In this document: one piece after another, positions 41,740 to 52,372 of the stretch
Position numbering within the stretch: position 1 is the stretch's first letter
How the letters are laid out: the number at the start of each line of letters is the position of its first letter
From: an uncultured Verrucomicrobiae bacterium
GTDB lineage: Bacteria; Verrucomicrobiota; Verrucomicrobiia; Opitutales; JABDGR01
NCBI GenBank assembly: GCA_963765205.1
Contig: CAVXVB010000009.1
Location: 960,001-1,024,000, forward strand
Direction: 5' to 3'
Length of the DNA: 64,000 bases
Program-made: the position numbers and the translations under genes
Notes under the pieces: model-generated
What the model saw: only the letters and a program-made list of their open reading frames with translations
The model's database searches: none
Told to the model about the DNA's origin: nothing

Positions 41740-42789
41740 TTATGGTGTGTGTGGACTGAAGACATCTATTTTGTCATGGCCGGCGTCGTTGGGTGGGGCC
41801 TCTTGGTCATCGAGCCAGGAACGCAGATATTTGACCGTGGATTGCACTGCTGCATCTGAGGAATTTGCCTCTGCATCGAGCACCTTTTTCAATCCCTCTT
41901 TCTCCGTGACGCTGAGGCTGGCGTGCAACCCGGTGTGGGCTTCTTTGGACAAGGCACTCAGTGCATCCTGGCGGATGTCCGGTGGCTCGGTCTCGGCCAG
42001 CATCACCAGACACCGGATGTAAAATTGTCTCACATTCTGCATCGAATTCCAGGGAACAGTGTGTGCGTCCAGCCAGTGGATGACATCGTGCGCATGATAT
42101 TCTGCGGTTAGATGGTCAGGATGGGTTGCATATGCTTGGACAAAGCGCAGGGCGTCTTCAGGCGCCGTCTGACTGGCTTTTAGCATGACGAGGTCGAGGG
42201 CAAAGGGATATGCAGGAGACACAAATATGTGGGGATCACTGGCCGCCATGGCATCGGCCAACATTTTGACCACTTCAGGCGTGGATTTATTGTCATAGAT
42301 TTGTATTACGGCCTTAAATGCGCGCGCATTGCTTTCGTTTGGATCAACAAGTTCCGCCCAACTGGCCGCCTCCACCTCATGAACGCTGAGGATAAGCGGG
42401 GCGCGGAAATTGACCGCATTGGGCACAACCACACAAATCAGCTTGGCATGAAGTGCGCCATCCAGGATGGGCCAGACCGGCGGAAAAGAACCCGAATAAA
42501 AATAATAAAACGGCAATACCATGTTCTTACGGCTCGCCCCCCGCAAAACTTCGTCAACCGTCAGATAAACGATTCCAGGCTTTATATTCACCGAGGTGCC
42601 TTCCATCGCGGTATCAAAGTCAATCCGATCAATCGTGCAGATATAAACGGACGCCCCCAATTTCATTGCTTCAGCCAAAGACAGATTCTCGGCATTTATC
42701 GGACTCTGGGGCGGGCTTGGCATGGACTCGCAGGCGTAAAACGAGACCAGAACACAAAGACTCAAAAAAATGAGCGCCAAAGCCTTCAT
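41740..42789 (-). CDS. Hypothetical exported protein or lipoprotein, lower GC
   Basis: 349-aa ORF with a signal peptide; no recognised family. Confidence 0.6.
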   Translation of the reverse strand: MKALALIFLSLCVLVSFYACESMPSPPQSPINAENLSLAEAMKLGASVYICTIDRIDFDTAMEGTSVNIKPGIVYLTVDEVLRGASRKNMVLPFYYFYSGSFPPVWPILDGALHAKLICVVVPNAVNFRAPLILSVHEVEAASWAELVDPNESNARAFKAVIQIYDNKSTPEVVKMLADAMAASDPHIFVSPAYPFALDLVMLKASQTAPEDALRFVQAYATHPDHLTAEYHAHDVIHWLDAHTVPWNSMQNVRQFYIRCLVMLAETEPPDIRQDALSALSKEAHTGLHASLSVTEKEGLKKVLDAEANSSDAAVQSTVKYLRSWLDDQEAPPNDAGHDKIDVFSPHTP

Positions 42790-42858
42790 TAAACAAATAT
42801 AACCAAAACGATTTACGCGGCAAATCGGTTCTCTTCAATCCACATTTTCGGTGGTCGG

Positions 42859-44761
42859 TCACGCAATTTTCGCGGCGGAGATGGCGGCGGCGAGGGGGAC
42901 TTTGGCGACGAAGGAGGCGCCGTGGGGTTCGTGGCTTTGGTAGGTGAGGTCGCCTTCCTGGTCGCGCAGGAGGCGGCGGGCGATGCTCAGGCCGAGGCCG
43001 GCGCCGGGCTGGCTGGCGGTGATGGAATCGTCCACGCGGTGGAAGGTTTCGAAGATGCGTTCGCGGTGATCGAGGGGGACGCCGGGGCCGCGGTCGCTGA
43101 CGGCGACGTAGGCGAAATCGGCATCGGTTGTGACGTGGATGCCGATCCAGCGGCCGCTGGCGGCGTATTTGAGGGCGTTGTCAATGAGGTTGAGCAGCAC
43201 TTGCTCAAGGGCGTCGCGGTCGGCGTGGACGCGGACTGGCGGGCTGGCGGGATAACTGCAACCGAGGGTGAAGCCGGCTTCGTCGAGGCGCGGTTTTTGG
43301 GCGTTGATGACGGCGTCAATGATGGGGGTCAGGGCAACGTCGGCGGGATGGTATTGTTTGCGGCCCTGTTCGAGGCGGCTGAAATCGAGGACGTTGTTGA
43401 CCAGGCGGGTGAGGCGCTGGCTCTCGGCAATGATGGTGGCGAGATAGTTGTTCTGCTTGAGCTGGTCGCGCACACGGCCTTCGCCGAGCAGCTCGGCATA
43501 CATGCGAATGGTGGTGAGGGGGGTTTTGAGCTCGTGCGAGACATTGGAAACGAAGCTCGTTTTGCGCGCGGCTTCGGAGGCTTCGCGCCGGGCCTCGCGC
43601 ATGAGGAGGGTACCGCCGATGAGGACGGCCACGACCAGAATGGTGACCATGATGGTGCTGACCGCCGTGAAGCCACTGGTAAAATTGGCGGTGGGGTTGA
43701 AGAAAACCTTTAATTGCCAGCCGGGCATGCCCGCCGCCGCGAGCGGGAGCGTCTCCAAGCCATGAAACGCCGGATGCGTGGCGGGGTCTTCGCCGGCCGA
43801 GGCCACGACCTCGTGCTGCGGATTGTAGAGCACAAAGGCGTCGGCGGGATCCTCGACTTTCTCGGGAAAGCTGTCTTTCATGAATTTGGCCAGTTCCGTC
43901 CAACTCAACACCACGCCGCGCACCGGGCCGCCGGCGACGGTGCGCATCCAGCCAAACCAGAGCTTGTCGTTGTCATTGGCGCCGATCAAGTTCCAGCCCC
44001 AGGCCGGCTTGTTCGGCGAACTGGCCTGGGTCATCACATAAAAGTGCTGGTTGGCCGGGTTAAAAACCAGCTGGGCCTGGTCCATCGTCATGCCGCTGTT
44101 TTGCACCACAGTGCCTTCAATCGGCGTGAGCATGATATTCGCGGAGGAGCCATTGATCAGCAGCGACGGCGAGGTGGGCAGATTGCGGTCATCCAGCGGT
44201 GGGCTCGCGGGAGAACCGAGTTCCGCATTACCACCGTCGGCGAAAGCGGCGGGATTGCCGGCGCGGGAGATTGCCGGGAGGGTGACGGAGACGGCGGCGC
44301 CATTGCCTTTCGATAAATTCAAGGTGATCGTCACCTGATTTTGCGCAGGCTGGTCGGCATCGCCCCAGATCCAGCTGCCGCCACGGTGCAACCAGGGATC
44401 CAGCTCGGCGCGGTCGGAACGCGGCTGCGGCAGGACCAGTCCGTTGCCCGGTTGAAACAGCACGACGTTGCGCGCGATGGGATGGTTAATTCGCCAGTTT
44501 CGGCAAGGTCGTGAGCAAGGTCGGATCATTCAGGCCCACTTCCGGCACCGTGGCGAGCGACTGCATCGTCTCGATCTTCTCGTTCTCCAGCATAGTCGAG
44601 AGTTTGGAGACGATGTTTTGGCCCGTGTGCATGGCCTGTTGGGAGGCGATGCCGCGCAAGCGAACACTCTCGCGCTGCAGCAGGTAGAACGCCATGCCGC
44701 CGATGGCCAGGGTGGAGACCAGCAGAAGCAGCCAGTAAAGAAAAACGAGGTGGCGTTTCAC
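42859..44761 (-). CDS. Sensor histidine kinase, frameshift near 44520
   Basis: N-terminal TM in 44486-44761; SNVSHELKTPLT, NLIDNALKY, DRGPG and GAGLGLSI. Confidence 0.9.
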
Positions 44762-44920
44762 AGCGGCGGACAGGGGCAGAATTACCCAAGCTTATTCTCG
44801 GAGATTGGGCCGATTCAGGCAAGCCCGCTGGGGGGCCGGCTTGTCAAAAGAATGTCATTGGCGCGGGGCGATTTGCCTTGTGCGGGCACCAGGCGCGCGT
44901 TAGCCTTTTGTTGCCCCGCT

Positions 44921-47415
44921 GTGGAAGGCCTCGACATTGCCCTGAAGATTCCCGACCTGTGGCAGCAGGAGGCTTTGCGGTGTCTGCAAACCGGGCAGGA
45001 CGTGGTGGTGCAGGCTCCGACGGGCGCGGGCAAGACATATATCTTCGAGTTGCTCGCGCAAACCGGCGGGCGCCAGCAAGCGGTGTTTACCGTGCCGACT
45101 CGCGCGCTGGCCAACGACAAACTTTACGAATGGCGCGCGTTGGGCTGGAATGTGGGCATCGCCACCGGCGACGTGGCCGACAACCTCGACGCCCCGGTGG
45201 TCGTCGCCACCCTGGAAACGCAAAAGGGCCGTTTCTTGCGCGGCGAAGGCCCGGACCTGCTGGTGGTGGATGAATACCAAATGCTAGGCGACCCGGTGCG
45301 CGGGGTTAATTACGAATTGATACTGGCCCTCGCCGCGCGGAGCACCCAGTTGCTCCTGCTCAGTGGCAGCGTGGGCAACCCGGAAAAAACCGTGCAGTGG
45401 CTGCGCGCCATCGGTCGCGATGCCGTGTTGGTCAGCCACCTGGAGCGCCCGGTGCCACTGGAGGAAATCGAACTTGAGGCTTTGCCCGACCGGGTGCCCG
45501 CCGAGGTGCGCGGGTTCTGGCCGCGCTTGCTGGCGCGCGCGCTACTGGCGGGCTTGGGTCCTGTTCTCGTGTTTGCGCCCCGGCGCCGCGCGGCCGAAGA
45601 GTTGGCGGCCAAACTTGCCGCCGCGCTGCCGCTTGATGATTTTCTAACGCTCACACCGGAGCAAAAGGCGCTGGCTTCCGATCGTCTGGGCAAACTGCTG
45701 CGGCACCGCGTCGCCTACCACCATAGCGGGCTGAATTATTTGCAACGCGCGGGGTTGGTCGAGCCGCTGGCGAAAGCGGGGCAATTGCGCGTGGTCGTGG
45801 CGACGACGGGACTGGCGGCGGGCATTAATTTTTCCATGCGTTCGGTGCTCGTCACCGACCGCGAATACGTCGCGGCGGGCGGCCCGCGCCTGGTGCGGCC
45901 GGATGAATTGTTGCAGATGTTTGGCCGGGCCGGGCGGCGCGGCTTGGACGACAAGGGCTATGTGCTCGTCGCGCCGGGCAAGCCCCGGCTGGGCGAGGCG
46001 CGTCCGCTGCTGCTCAAGCGCGCAAACCCGTTGGATTGGCCGAGTTTTCTGGCATTCATGCAGGAAGCGGTCAAAAAGGGCGAATCACCGGCCCAAGCCG
46101 CGGCGGGTCTGGCTCAACGGCTTTTCACCGAGCATGCGCCGGAATTGGGCCTGGAAAAATTTTTGCAGAAGTCGCGGGCGGATCCACCGCGCAGCGACCC
46201 GCCCGCGCCTGGTCCCTGCGCTCGGCTCCCGACGATGCAACGGCGGCTGGCTCCCCGCAAAAAATTGTCGAGATGCTCAATTCTGCGGGGCAATGGGAAC
46301 GTCGGCGGCCCCCGGTGAAAGTCAAACTTGGCGCGGCGCTGGCCTATGAGGAAGGCGCTTGGATGCCCGCGCTAAAATTCCCGCAGGCGTTGGCGGGCGT
46401 CGAATTGGGGAACTTATGCCGATTAGGCGGCGAAGAGGCGCGTTATGGCCGGCAGGTGCCGCTGGCGGTGTTCCCGAAGGAAAGCGGGCGGGCGAAAATC
46501 ACGCTGGTGAAATGGGTCCACAAAAGCTTGTGCCACCATTGGCGGCAGACGCGCCCGAGTGCGCCGCCACCCTCGCGCCATTGGGAACTGGAGGCGTTTG
46601 AAAAGCAACTGCTGCCACTGCTGCCGATGTTCACCAGCGGTGGGCGACCCGCGGAAATAGTCGAGCACAACGGCTTGATCAGCGCGCGGCTGGACTATTC
46701 GCAGGCGGAGGTGTTTGCGCGGGTGGATTCGCTGGGCCGGCCATTGCTCAACCCGCCACGGCGTGAAGTCGAGCCGGTGACGGGTGACTTTGCCGAGTTG
46801 GCGGGCCTGAAGGCGACGCTGACGGAGGCCAGCGTGGCGGAGACTTGGTTCCGGCTGGGTTTGGTGGACGCGCGCGCGCAGCCCACCCGGCGCGGCATCA
46901 TTTTTAGCTTCTTCAACCACGGCGAGGGCCTCGTGGTCGCCGCCGCGCTGGAAGATGAAAAATACGACGTGGCGGAAATTGCGCGCGACCTGGCGAATTT
47001 GCGCGCAGGCCACCGCTTCGAGGCGGCGGGCCATGCGCGGGGCAAGCTCGGCAGCCTCTGCCGGCTGACTTATCAAGGCATGACGTGCCCCGGCTATCTG
47101 GATCGCGGCGTGCCGGTGGAATACGGCGAAGGCGCGGCAGAAGTCATCTCGCGCGTGCGGGCCAACCCGGCGACGCTACAGCATTTCATCAATGAAATGC
47201 TGCGGCCCGGCGACATCGAGCGGGCGTATCTGGAATGGCGTAGCGTGCTCAATCATGTCATCCACGCGCCGGACTATGAGTGGGGCCGGTGGCGAACGCT
47301 CCAAGAAGCTGCCGCGAAGCAATTGGAGAAACTCGGCCCGCCGACGCGCCTCATCGCGCCGCCACCCTTGACCCACGACCAAAAAATCCGGCATAGTTGC
47401 CGGTTGAAGTTTTAG
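44921..47415 (+). CDS. Ski2-like DEAD/DEAH-box helicase, frameshift near 46230 (start uncertain)
   Basis: APTGAGKT, PTRALAN, VVDEYQ, AYHHSGL and QMFGRAGRRG; the C-terminal part is in the 46036-47415 frame. Confidence 0.85.
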
Positions 47416-47462
47416 GGGGGGCACCGCGAAGCAGCAAAGAGCGCAAAGAATGAATTTTTTTA

Positions 47463-48048
47463 GGGAACTATATACAAAGTTACCCTAAGCCCCGAAATCG
47501 GGATTTTTAGACCCTACCCTCAAAAAACATGAAGCCTAATCTCAACCAACTCAAAAAACACTTACCCGCTAAATCCATAGACCCCTTTTTCGACTCTATG
47601 ATTTTTTTAGCTTCCTTGGCGCACCGGGGTTCCGATGAGGAATGGAGTTCTCTAAAACGGCTATGGCGTGTAATTCGGTGGAATCAAGCGGAGCGAATCC
47701 AGTCTTAATTGTGAAATATAAATGGTGGCAATGGCTTTTCGGAAGGGGTAAAAAGCTGCTTTCAAAAGCCTTCTATACCTATCTTGAAAACAAAGGGGGC
47801 CAAAGAAAAATCACCGTCAGAAAGAATGACGGGACTGTAGTAAAATTAGAATCTCCTGAACTGAAAGATTTCCCCAAGCTGTTAAAATTCGCCAATGCGA
47901 TTCAAATAAGTAAAATAAAAGATGTGAATGATGGCACTTGCAAGCCACCAGAAAAATAAGTCCATGCCATCTCATTTCAGGCATTTTCAAGGCAATTCAG
48001 GGTATTTCAGCCTTGGCTGGATTTAGGGTAACTTTGTATATAGTTCCC
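47463..48048. mobile_element. Non-autonomous IS1595-like cassette/MITE with a passenger ORF (586 bp)
   Basis: 26-bp perfect IRs GGGAACTATATACAAAGTTACCCTAA (47463-47488 and 48023-48048); 8-bp TSD TTTTTTTA; no transposase; AT-rich interior. Confidence 0.88.
47642..47959 (+). CDS. Hypothetical passenger protein of the cassette
   Basis: 105-aa Lys-rich ORF preceded by GAGG. Confidence 0.5.
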   Translation: MEFSKTAMACNSVESSGANPVLIVKYKWWQWLFGRGKKLLSKAFYTYLENKGGQRKITVRKNDGTVVKLESPELKDFPKLLKFANAIQISKIKDVNDGTCKPPEK

Positions 48049-48107
48049 TTTTTTTATTCCGTCAAAAAAAAAACTACTTGGCGCTCTTGGTGGCTTTGTG
48101 GTGAATG

Positions 48108-48629
48108 TTAATCCTCCTCCCGTTTTTCCTTAAAATACGCCTTGAGCAGCGCGTGGCATTCGGAGGCCAGAACGCCCCGGCTCACTTTGAGGCGATGGTT
48201 GAGTTTCGGCAGTTCATGCACCGAGGCCGCGCCGCCGAGGCAGCCCATTTTCTGGTCCGGCACGCCGTAGATGACTTCGCTGAGCCGCGCCATGATGGAG
48301 GCGCCGGCGCACATGGGGCAGGGTTCCTTGGTGACAAAGAGGCGCGCGCCGGTGAGCCGCCAGTCGCCGAGGGCTTTCGCAGCCTGGGTGAGCGCGAGGA
48401 TTTCGGCGTGGGCGGTGGGGTCGCCCGAATTTTCGACGAGATTGTGGGCCTGGGCGATGATTTCACCGCCGATTTCGATGACGGCCCCAATCGGAGTCTC
48501 GTCCACGCGCCAAGCCTCGATGGCCTGGTTGTAGGCAAGTTTCATGAAAAACTCGTCGTCGCGCAGGAGGAGCGAAGGGTGGAGTTTCGCGAAGGGGCAA
48601 ACTCGCGTGGGCAGGCGTTCGGCGCACAT
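48108..48629 (-). CDS. tadA: tRNA adenosine(34) deaminase
   Basis: DPTAHAEI, WRL, VTKEPCPMCAGA and G..DQK.G..GG. Confidence 0.92.
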   Translation of the reverse strand: MCAERLPTRVCPFAKLHPSLLLRDDEFFMKLAYNQAIEAWRVDETPIGAVIEIGGEIIAQAHNLVENSGDPTAHAEILALTQAAKALGDWRLTGARLFVTKEPCPMCAGASIMARLSEVIYGVPDQKMGCLGGAASVHELPKLNHRLKVSRGVLASECHALLKAYFKEKREED

Positions 48630-48761
48630 GCCGCCACTGAGGCACGAATGCGCATGAGGGTCAATTTTTTCTCTTCTTCACGGTTGACAAACACCCGTTT
48701 AACCCGCTCTACTCAACCCCTTTTCCGTTGATTTTGCGGTGCAACACCGCTCGCCTTCCGA

Positions 48762-50519
48762 ATGCAAAACTTTGCCGCCCAGTGCCTCGACATGGCCCGC
48801 TCCATCCTGGGCCACAATCTGGACGCCATTAACCCGGACGGTTCCATCACCCCCATCCCGGGCGAAACCGGCCGCACCGACGAGCCGGGCCACGCCGCCC
48901 TCGCCATCGGCGAGTTCTTCCGCGCCACCAGCGAGACCAAGCTCGGCGCCTTCGACCTGGTGGACCTCGCCGCCCGTACAGTCACCGCCCAGGCCTTTGT
49001 CGAGGAGGAGGATGAAAACGGCCTCGCCTACGCCGCCCTCGGCCTGCTTTCCTTCGGCTGCGCAAAGGACCGCAACCCCGTCTGGGAACGTCTCTTCGAG
49101 GAAACGCGCCAGAAGCTCGACCGTCGCCTGCTCGCGCGCACCGACTACGACAACCACCTCCAGGCCTTCAACATCGCCAAGTCCGTCGCCCGCTTCAGCC
49201 TCGGCCTTTCGAAAAAGGACGAGACCGCGAAGCTCATCGAGCGTTTCCTGGAGCGCATCAAGGAAAACAGCTCCGGCGGCTATTTCGACGACCATCCGAC
49301 CGGCTTTGGCGGCTGTTACGACGTTTACGGCGTGCTCTGCTTCATCTTCATCCGCTCGTCCCTCCAACTGCACGCGAACATCCACCTGCGCGAACGCAAG
49401 CTCCCCAGCCTGCGCACCCACGCCGAAAAATACCTCCGCCTGCTCCCCGACCTGGTGCGCCAGGATGGCCTGGGGTGGAACTACGGCCGCGGGATCGGCG
49501 CCTACGGCCAGATGCACTGCATCAGCCTCATCCTCCAGGCCATGCGCGACGGCTGGATCACCGAGGAACAAAAGCCCCAGTATTTCGACATCCTGCGGCG
49601 CCTCTTCCATTTCTTCTTCGCCACCTACCTGGATCAGGAGCACGGCTACCTCGTCATCCGCGACGGCGAACGCGCGACCGGCACCAACCACCCCACGCGC
49701 ATGGCGAACTTCGACGCCGCGCGCTATCTGTGCCAGTGGTCGCGGCTGGCCAAGACCATCGGCGGTGAGATGAACCCGAAGTTCATCGGCCAAAAAACCA
49801 CCAGCCGCTGGATCATCTTCGACCAGTCCCACCGCAAGGAGCAGGGCCTCTTCATCTACCAGGATTCCGACAGCGGGCTGCATGTGACCATTCCGCTGCT
49901 CAGCGGCGGCACCGATAAACAGAGCGGCTCGCTCGCCTTCCCCCATTCGCCCGGCGTCTTCGACTGGCCCGTCGGGATGTATCTGCCCATCATGCTGCCC
50001 GAGCTGACGTTCGGCGACAAGGTCGTCATCCCCGCTTATTACGGCAAACGCTGCACCACCGGCCTCGGCCTGCGCAACGCCTTCTTCTTCCGCTACGAGC
50101 AACCCGAATTAATCACCAAGGACGAGCAATTCGCCCCCGGCCTCGGCTCCTGCAAGGTGCAGTGGACATTTTCCGGCAACAAAATCACCAGCGAATTCAT
50201 CTTCACCGTCCGCAACCAGGTCTCGCTGGACAAGCTGCGCTACGTCCTCGCCATCAGCGCGCCGCACTCGCACTACCGCATCGGCACCACCCTCACCCTC
50301 GGCCCCGAAAGCCTCCGCTGCGAAGTCATCAAGGACGACTTCCAGGCCACCTGGGCGCCCGTGGAGACGGTATCACAGAATCCCTCCTACCGCACGTATT
50401 GGGGCTGTCTGCATTACATTCAATTATTACAACGCGACCACCCCCTGATGATGCGCCCCGGCCAGCAATACCGCATCACCCTCCAGTTCCAGCCGCAGAT
50501 CGTCATGGCGGACGAGTAG
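48762..50519 (+). CDS. Hypothetical protein (585 aa), host-like codon usage
   Basis: Long ORF with strong C/G third-position bias; no family recognised. Confidence 0.8.
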   Translation: MQNFAAQCLDMARSILGHNLDAINPDGSITPIPGETGRTDEPGHAALAIGEFFRATSETKLGAFDLVDLAARTVTAQAFVEEEDENGLAYAALGLLSFGCAKDRNPVWERLFEETRQKLDRRLLARTDYDNHLQAFNIAKSVARFSLGLSKKDETAKLIERFLERIKENSSGGYFDDHPTGFGGCYDVYGVLCFIFIRSSLQLHANIHLRERKLPSLRTHAEKYLRLLPDLVRQDGLGWNYGRGIGAYGQMHCISLILQAMRDGWITEEQKPQYFDILRRLFHFFFATYLDQEHGYLVIRDGERATGTNHPTRMANFDAARYLCQWSRLAKTIGGEMNPKFIGQKTTSRWIIFDQSHRKEQGLFIYQDSDSGLHVTIPLLSGGTDKQSGSLAFPHSPGVFDWPVGMYLPIMLPELTFGDKVVIPAYYGKRCTTGLGLRNAFFFRYEQPELITKDEQFAPGLGSCKVQWTFSGNKITSEFIFTVRNQVSLDKLRYVLAISAPHSHYRIGTTLTLGPESLRCEVIKDDFQATWAPVETVSQNPSYRTYWGCLHYIQLLQRDHPLMMRPGQQYRITLQFQPQIVMADE

Positions 50520-50520
50520 A

Positions 50521-51285
50521 TTATGGCCCCCGCACCGGCAGACTGGCCGCGCGCAGATGCTCCTTGACCTGCGCAATGGTGAATGTCCCAAAATGAAACA
50601 GCGAAGCGGCGAGGACGGCGCTGGCGCCGCCATTTTTGACCACCTCCACAAAATGGTCGAGTTGGCCCGCGCCGCCCGAAGCGATGACCGGAACCTCGAC
50701 CGCCTCGCTCACCGCGCGCGTCAGTTCGATGTCGTAGCCGTCTTTGGTGCCATCGCGGTCCATGCTAGTGAGCAGAATTTCCCCCGCCCCGCGCGCGACG
50801 ACCTCCTTCGCCCACGCCACGGCGTCGTGCGCGGTCGGCTTGCGCCCGCCGTGCGTGTGGACGCGCCAGTGGTTCGTGCCCGGCTCGCGCTTGGCGTCAA
50901 TCGCCACCACGATGCACTGGTTGCCAAATTTTTGGCTCGCCCTCAGCACCAGGTCGGGGTCGAGCAGCGCCGCCGTGTTGAGGCTCACCTTGTCCGCCCC
51001 GGCGTTGAGCATCAAGCGGATGTCATCGAGGCTGCGCAGGCCGCCGCCGACCGTGAGCGGCATGAAACATTCGCCGGCCGTGCGCTCGACCACGTCGCGC
51101 ATGATCGCGCGCTCATCGCTCGAGGCCGTGATGTCGAGAAATACCAGTTCATCCGCGCCCTGGTCTTCATACTTCTTCGCCGATTCGACGGGGTCGCCCG
51201 CATCAATTAGATTCAAAAAATTGATGCCCTTGACGACGCGCCCGGCGTTCACGTCCAGGCAGGGAATGACACGGATGGAAAGCAT
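50521..51285 (-). CDS. hisF: Imidazole glycerol phosphate synthase cyclase subunit
   Basis: [25 protein letters not shown] and [18 protein letters not shown]. Confidence 0.97.
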   Translation of the reverse strand: MLSIRVIPCLDVNAGRVVKGINFLNLIDAGDPVESAKKYEDQGADELVFLDITASSDERAIMRDVVERTAGECFMPLTVGGGLRSLDDIRLMLNAGADKVSLNTAALLDPDLVLRASQKFGNQCIVVAIDAKREPGTNHWRVHTHGGRKPTAHDAVAWAKEVVARGAGEILLTSMDRDGTKDGYDIELTRAVSEAVEVPVIASGGAGQLDHFVEVVKNGGASAVLAASLFHFGTFTIAQVKEHLRAASLPVRGP

Positions 51286-51290
51286 TTTTT

Positions 51291-51800
51291 AGTTTCAAGT
51301 TTCGAGTTTCGAGTTTCGGGCTTCAATCTTCATACTCCGAGTTGCTTCAACGGGGCGGAATTTTCGGCCCGCAACTGTGGACTGCTGAAGATAGCGCATA
51401 AAGCCGCCGATTAGCCGTCCGGTGTCAGCGATCAACTCATCAAGGCAGGCGAAGTCCTCCGGCGAAATGTATTTTTGATCCAAGGCCAGGTAAAGATGCG
51501 ATTTGGTTTCCGCCAAGGAGGCCTTGGCGGTGGCCAGAAAATTGATGAATTCGCGGTTGCCCTCGCGATCAAAGCCTTCGGCGATATTGGCCATCCCAGA
51601 GATGGCTGATCGAATGACTTGGTCGCGCAAGGCATAATCCCTGGAAAATTCCCCTTTGCGCGCCACAGCATACACGGCATTGGCTAGTTGGCGCGCCTTG
51701 TGCCAACTCCCAATGTCCTCAAATCGCTGGAGCGTGCTCATGGATAATTATAAATCAGCCTGACAGTTGTCGGCGTTTGCTCAACTCGAAACTCGAAACT
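51291..51800. repeat. Inverted heptamer arms (AGTTTCG)n / (CGAAACT)n bracketing the four-helix-bundle gene
   Basis: agtttcaagtttcgagtttcgagtttcg at 51291-51318; aactcgaaactcgaaact at 51783-51800. Confidence 0.85.
51295..51741 (-). CDS. Four-helix-bundle protein (23S rRNA IVS protein/Avd-related family)
   Basis: RFEDI..W.KAR.L...VY, F..DYALRDQ..RSAIS.MANIAEGF.R....EF..FL..AK.SL.E..SHLY.ALD..YI. Confidence 0.92.
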   Translation of the reverse strand: MSTLQRFEDIGSWHKARQLANAVYAVARKGEFSRDYALRDQVIRSAISGMANIAEGFDREGNREFINFLATAKASLAETKSHLYLALDQKYISPEDFACLDELIADTGRLIGGFMRYLQQSTVAGRKFRPVEATRSMKIEARNSKLET

Positions 51801-52263
51801 AACCCTGCTCAGTCGTGATCTTTTGCGCGCCGCCGCCCAACGCCGCCTCCAGCGCGTGCCAAGAGAGGGTCGCGCATTTGACGCGCGCGGGGAATTTACG
51901 CACGCCTTTGAGCGCAATCGCGTCGCCGACCCGCTCCTGCACCGCGATCGGCGGTTCGTTGTCGCCTAGCAGCAGCGCTTTAATGTCCGCGATTTCCGCG
52001 CGGGCCTCCGGCAAGGTTTTCCCCTTCACGCGCACGGTCATCAGCGAAGCCGCCGCCTGCGAAATCGCACAGCCCTGGCCGATGAATTTTACGTCCGCGA
52101 TTTTGTCGCCGACCAATTTCACAAACACAGACAATTCATCGCCACAGAGCGGGTTGAAGCCCTCGCCCACCCCCGACGGCACCTCCATCCGCCCGCGGTT
52201 GCGCGGGCGGCGATGGTGGTCCAGGATGATGTCCTGGTAAAGATCGTCGAGTTCGTCGGACAT
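51799..52263 (-). CDS. sufU: SUF-system NifU-family protein
   Basis: LYQDIILDH...PRN.G, NPLCGDE, GCAISQA and FPARVKCATL.WHAL. Confidence 0.93.
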   Translation of the reverse strand: MSDELDDLYQDIILDHHRRPRNRGRMEVPSGVGEGFNPLCGDELSVFVKLVGDKIADVKFIGQGCAISQAAASLMTVRVKGKTLPEARAEIADIKALLLGDNEPPIAVQERVGDAIALKGVRKFPARVKCATLSWHALEAALGGGAQKITTEQG

Positions 52264-52275
52264 GGGAGAAAGAAA

Positions 52276-52372
52276 GGATGAATTATGAAGGATGAAGGAA
52301 ATGATTATCAGTGTTGGATTTCTTGTTTAAGGTTGATTGCTTTTCATCCTTCATCCCTCAGCCTTCATCCTT
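52276..52372. repeat. Inverted heptamer arms (GGATGAA)n / (TTCATCC)n
   Basis: ggatgaattatgaaggatgaagg ... ttcatccttcatccctcagccttcatcc in the sufS-sufU spacer. Confidence 0.8.

Noticed and set aside
51295..51741. Diversity-generating retroelement (Avd-like gene)
   Set aside because: No reverse transcriptase and no TR/VR pair nearby; the 72-bp repeat at 4605/5486 differs at non-adenine positions
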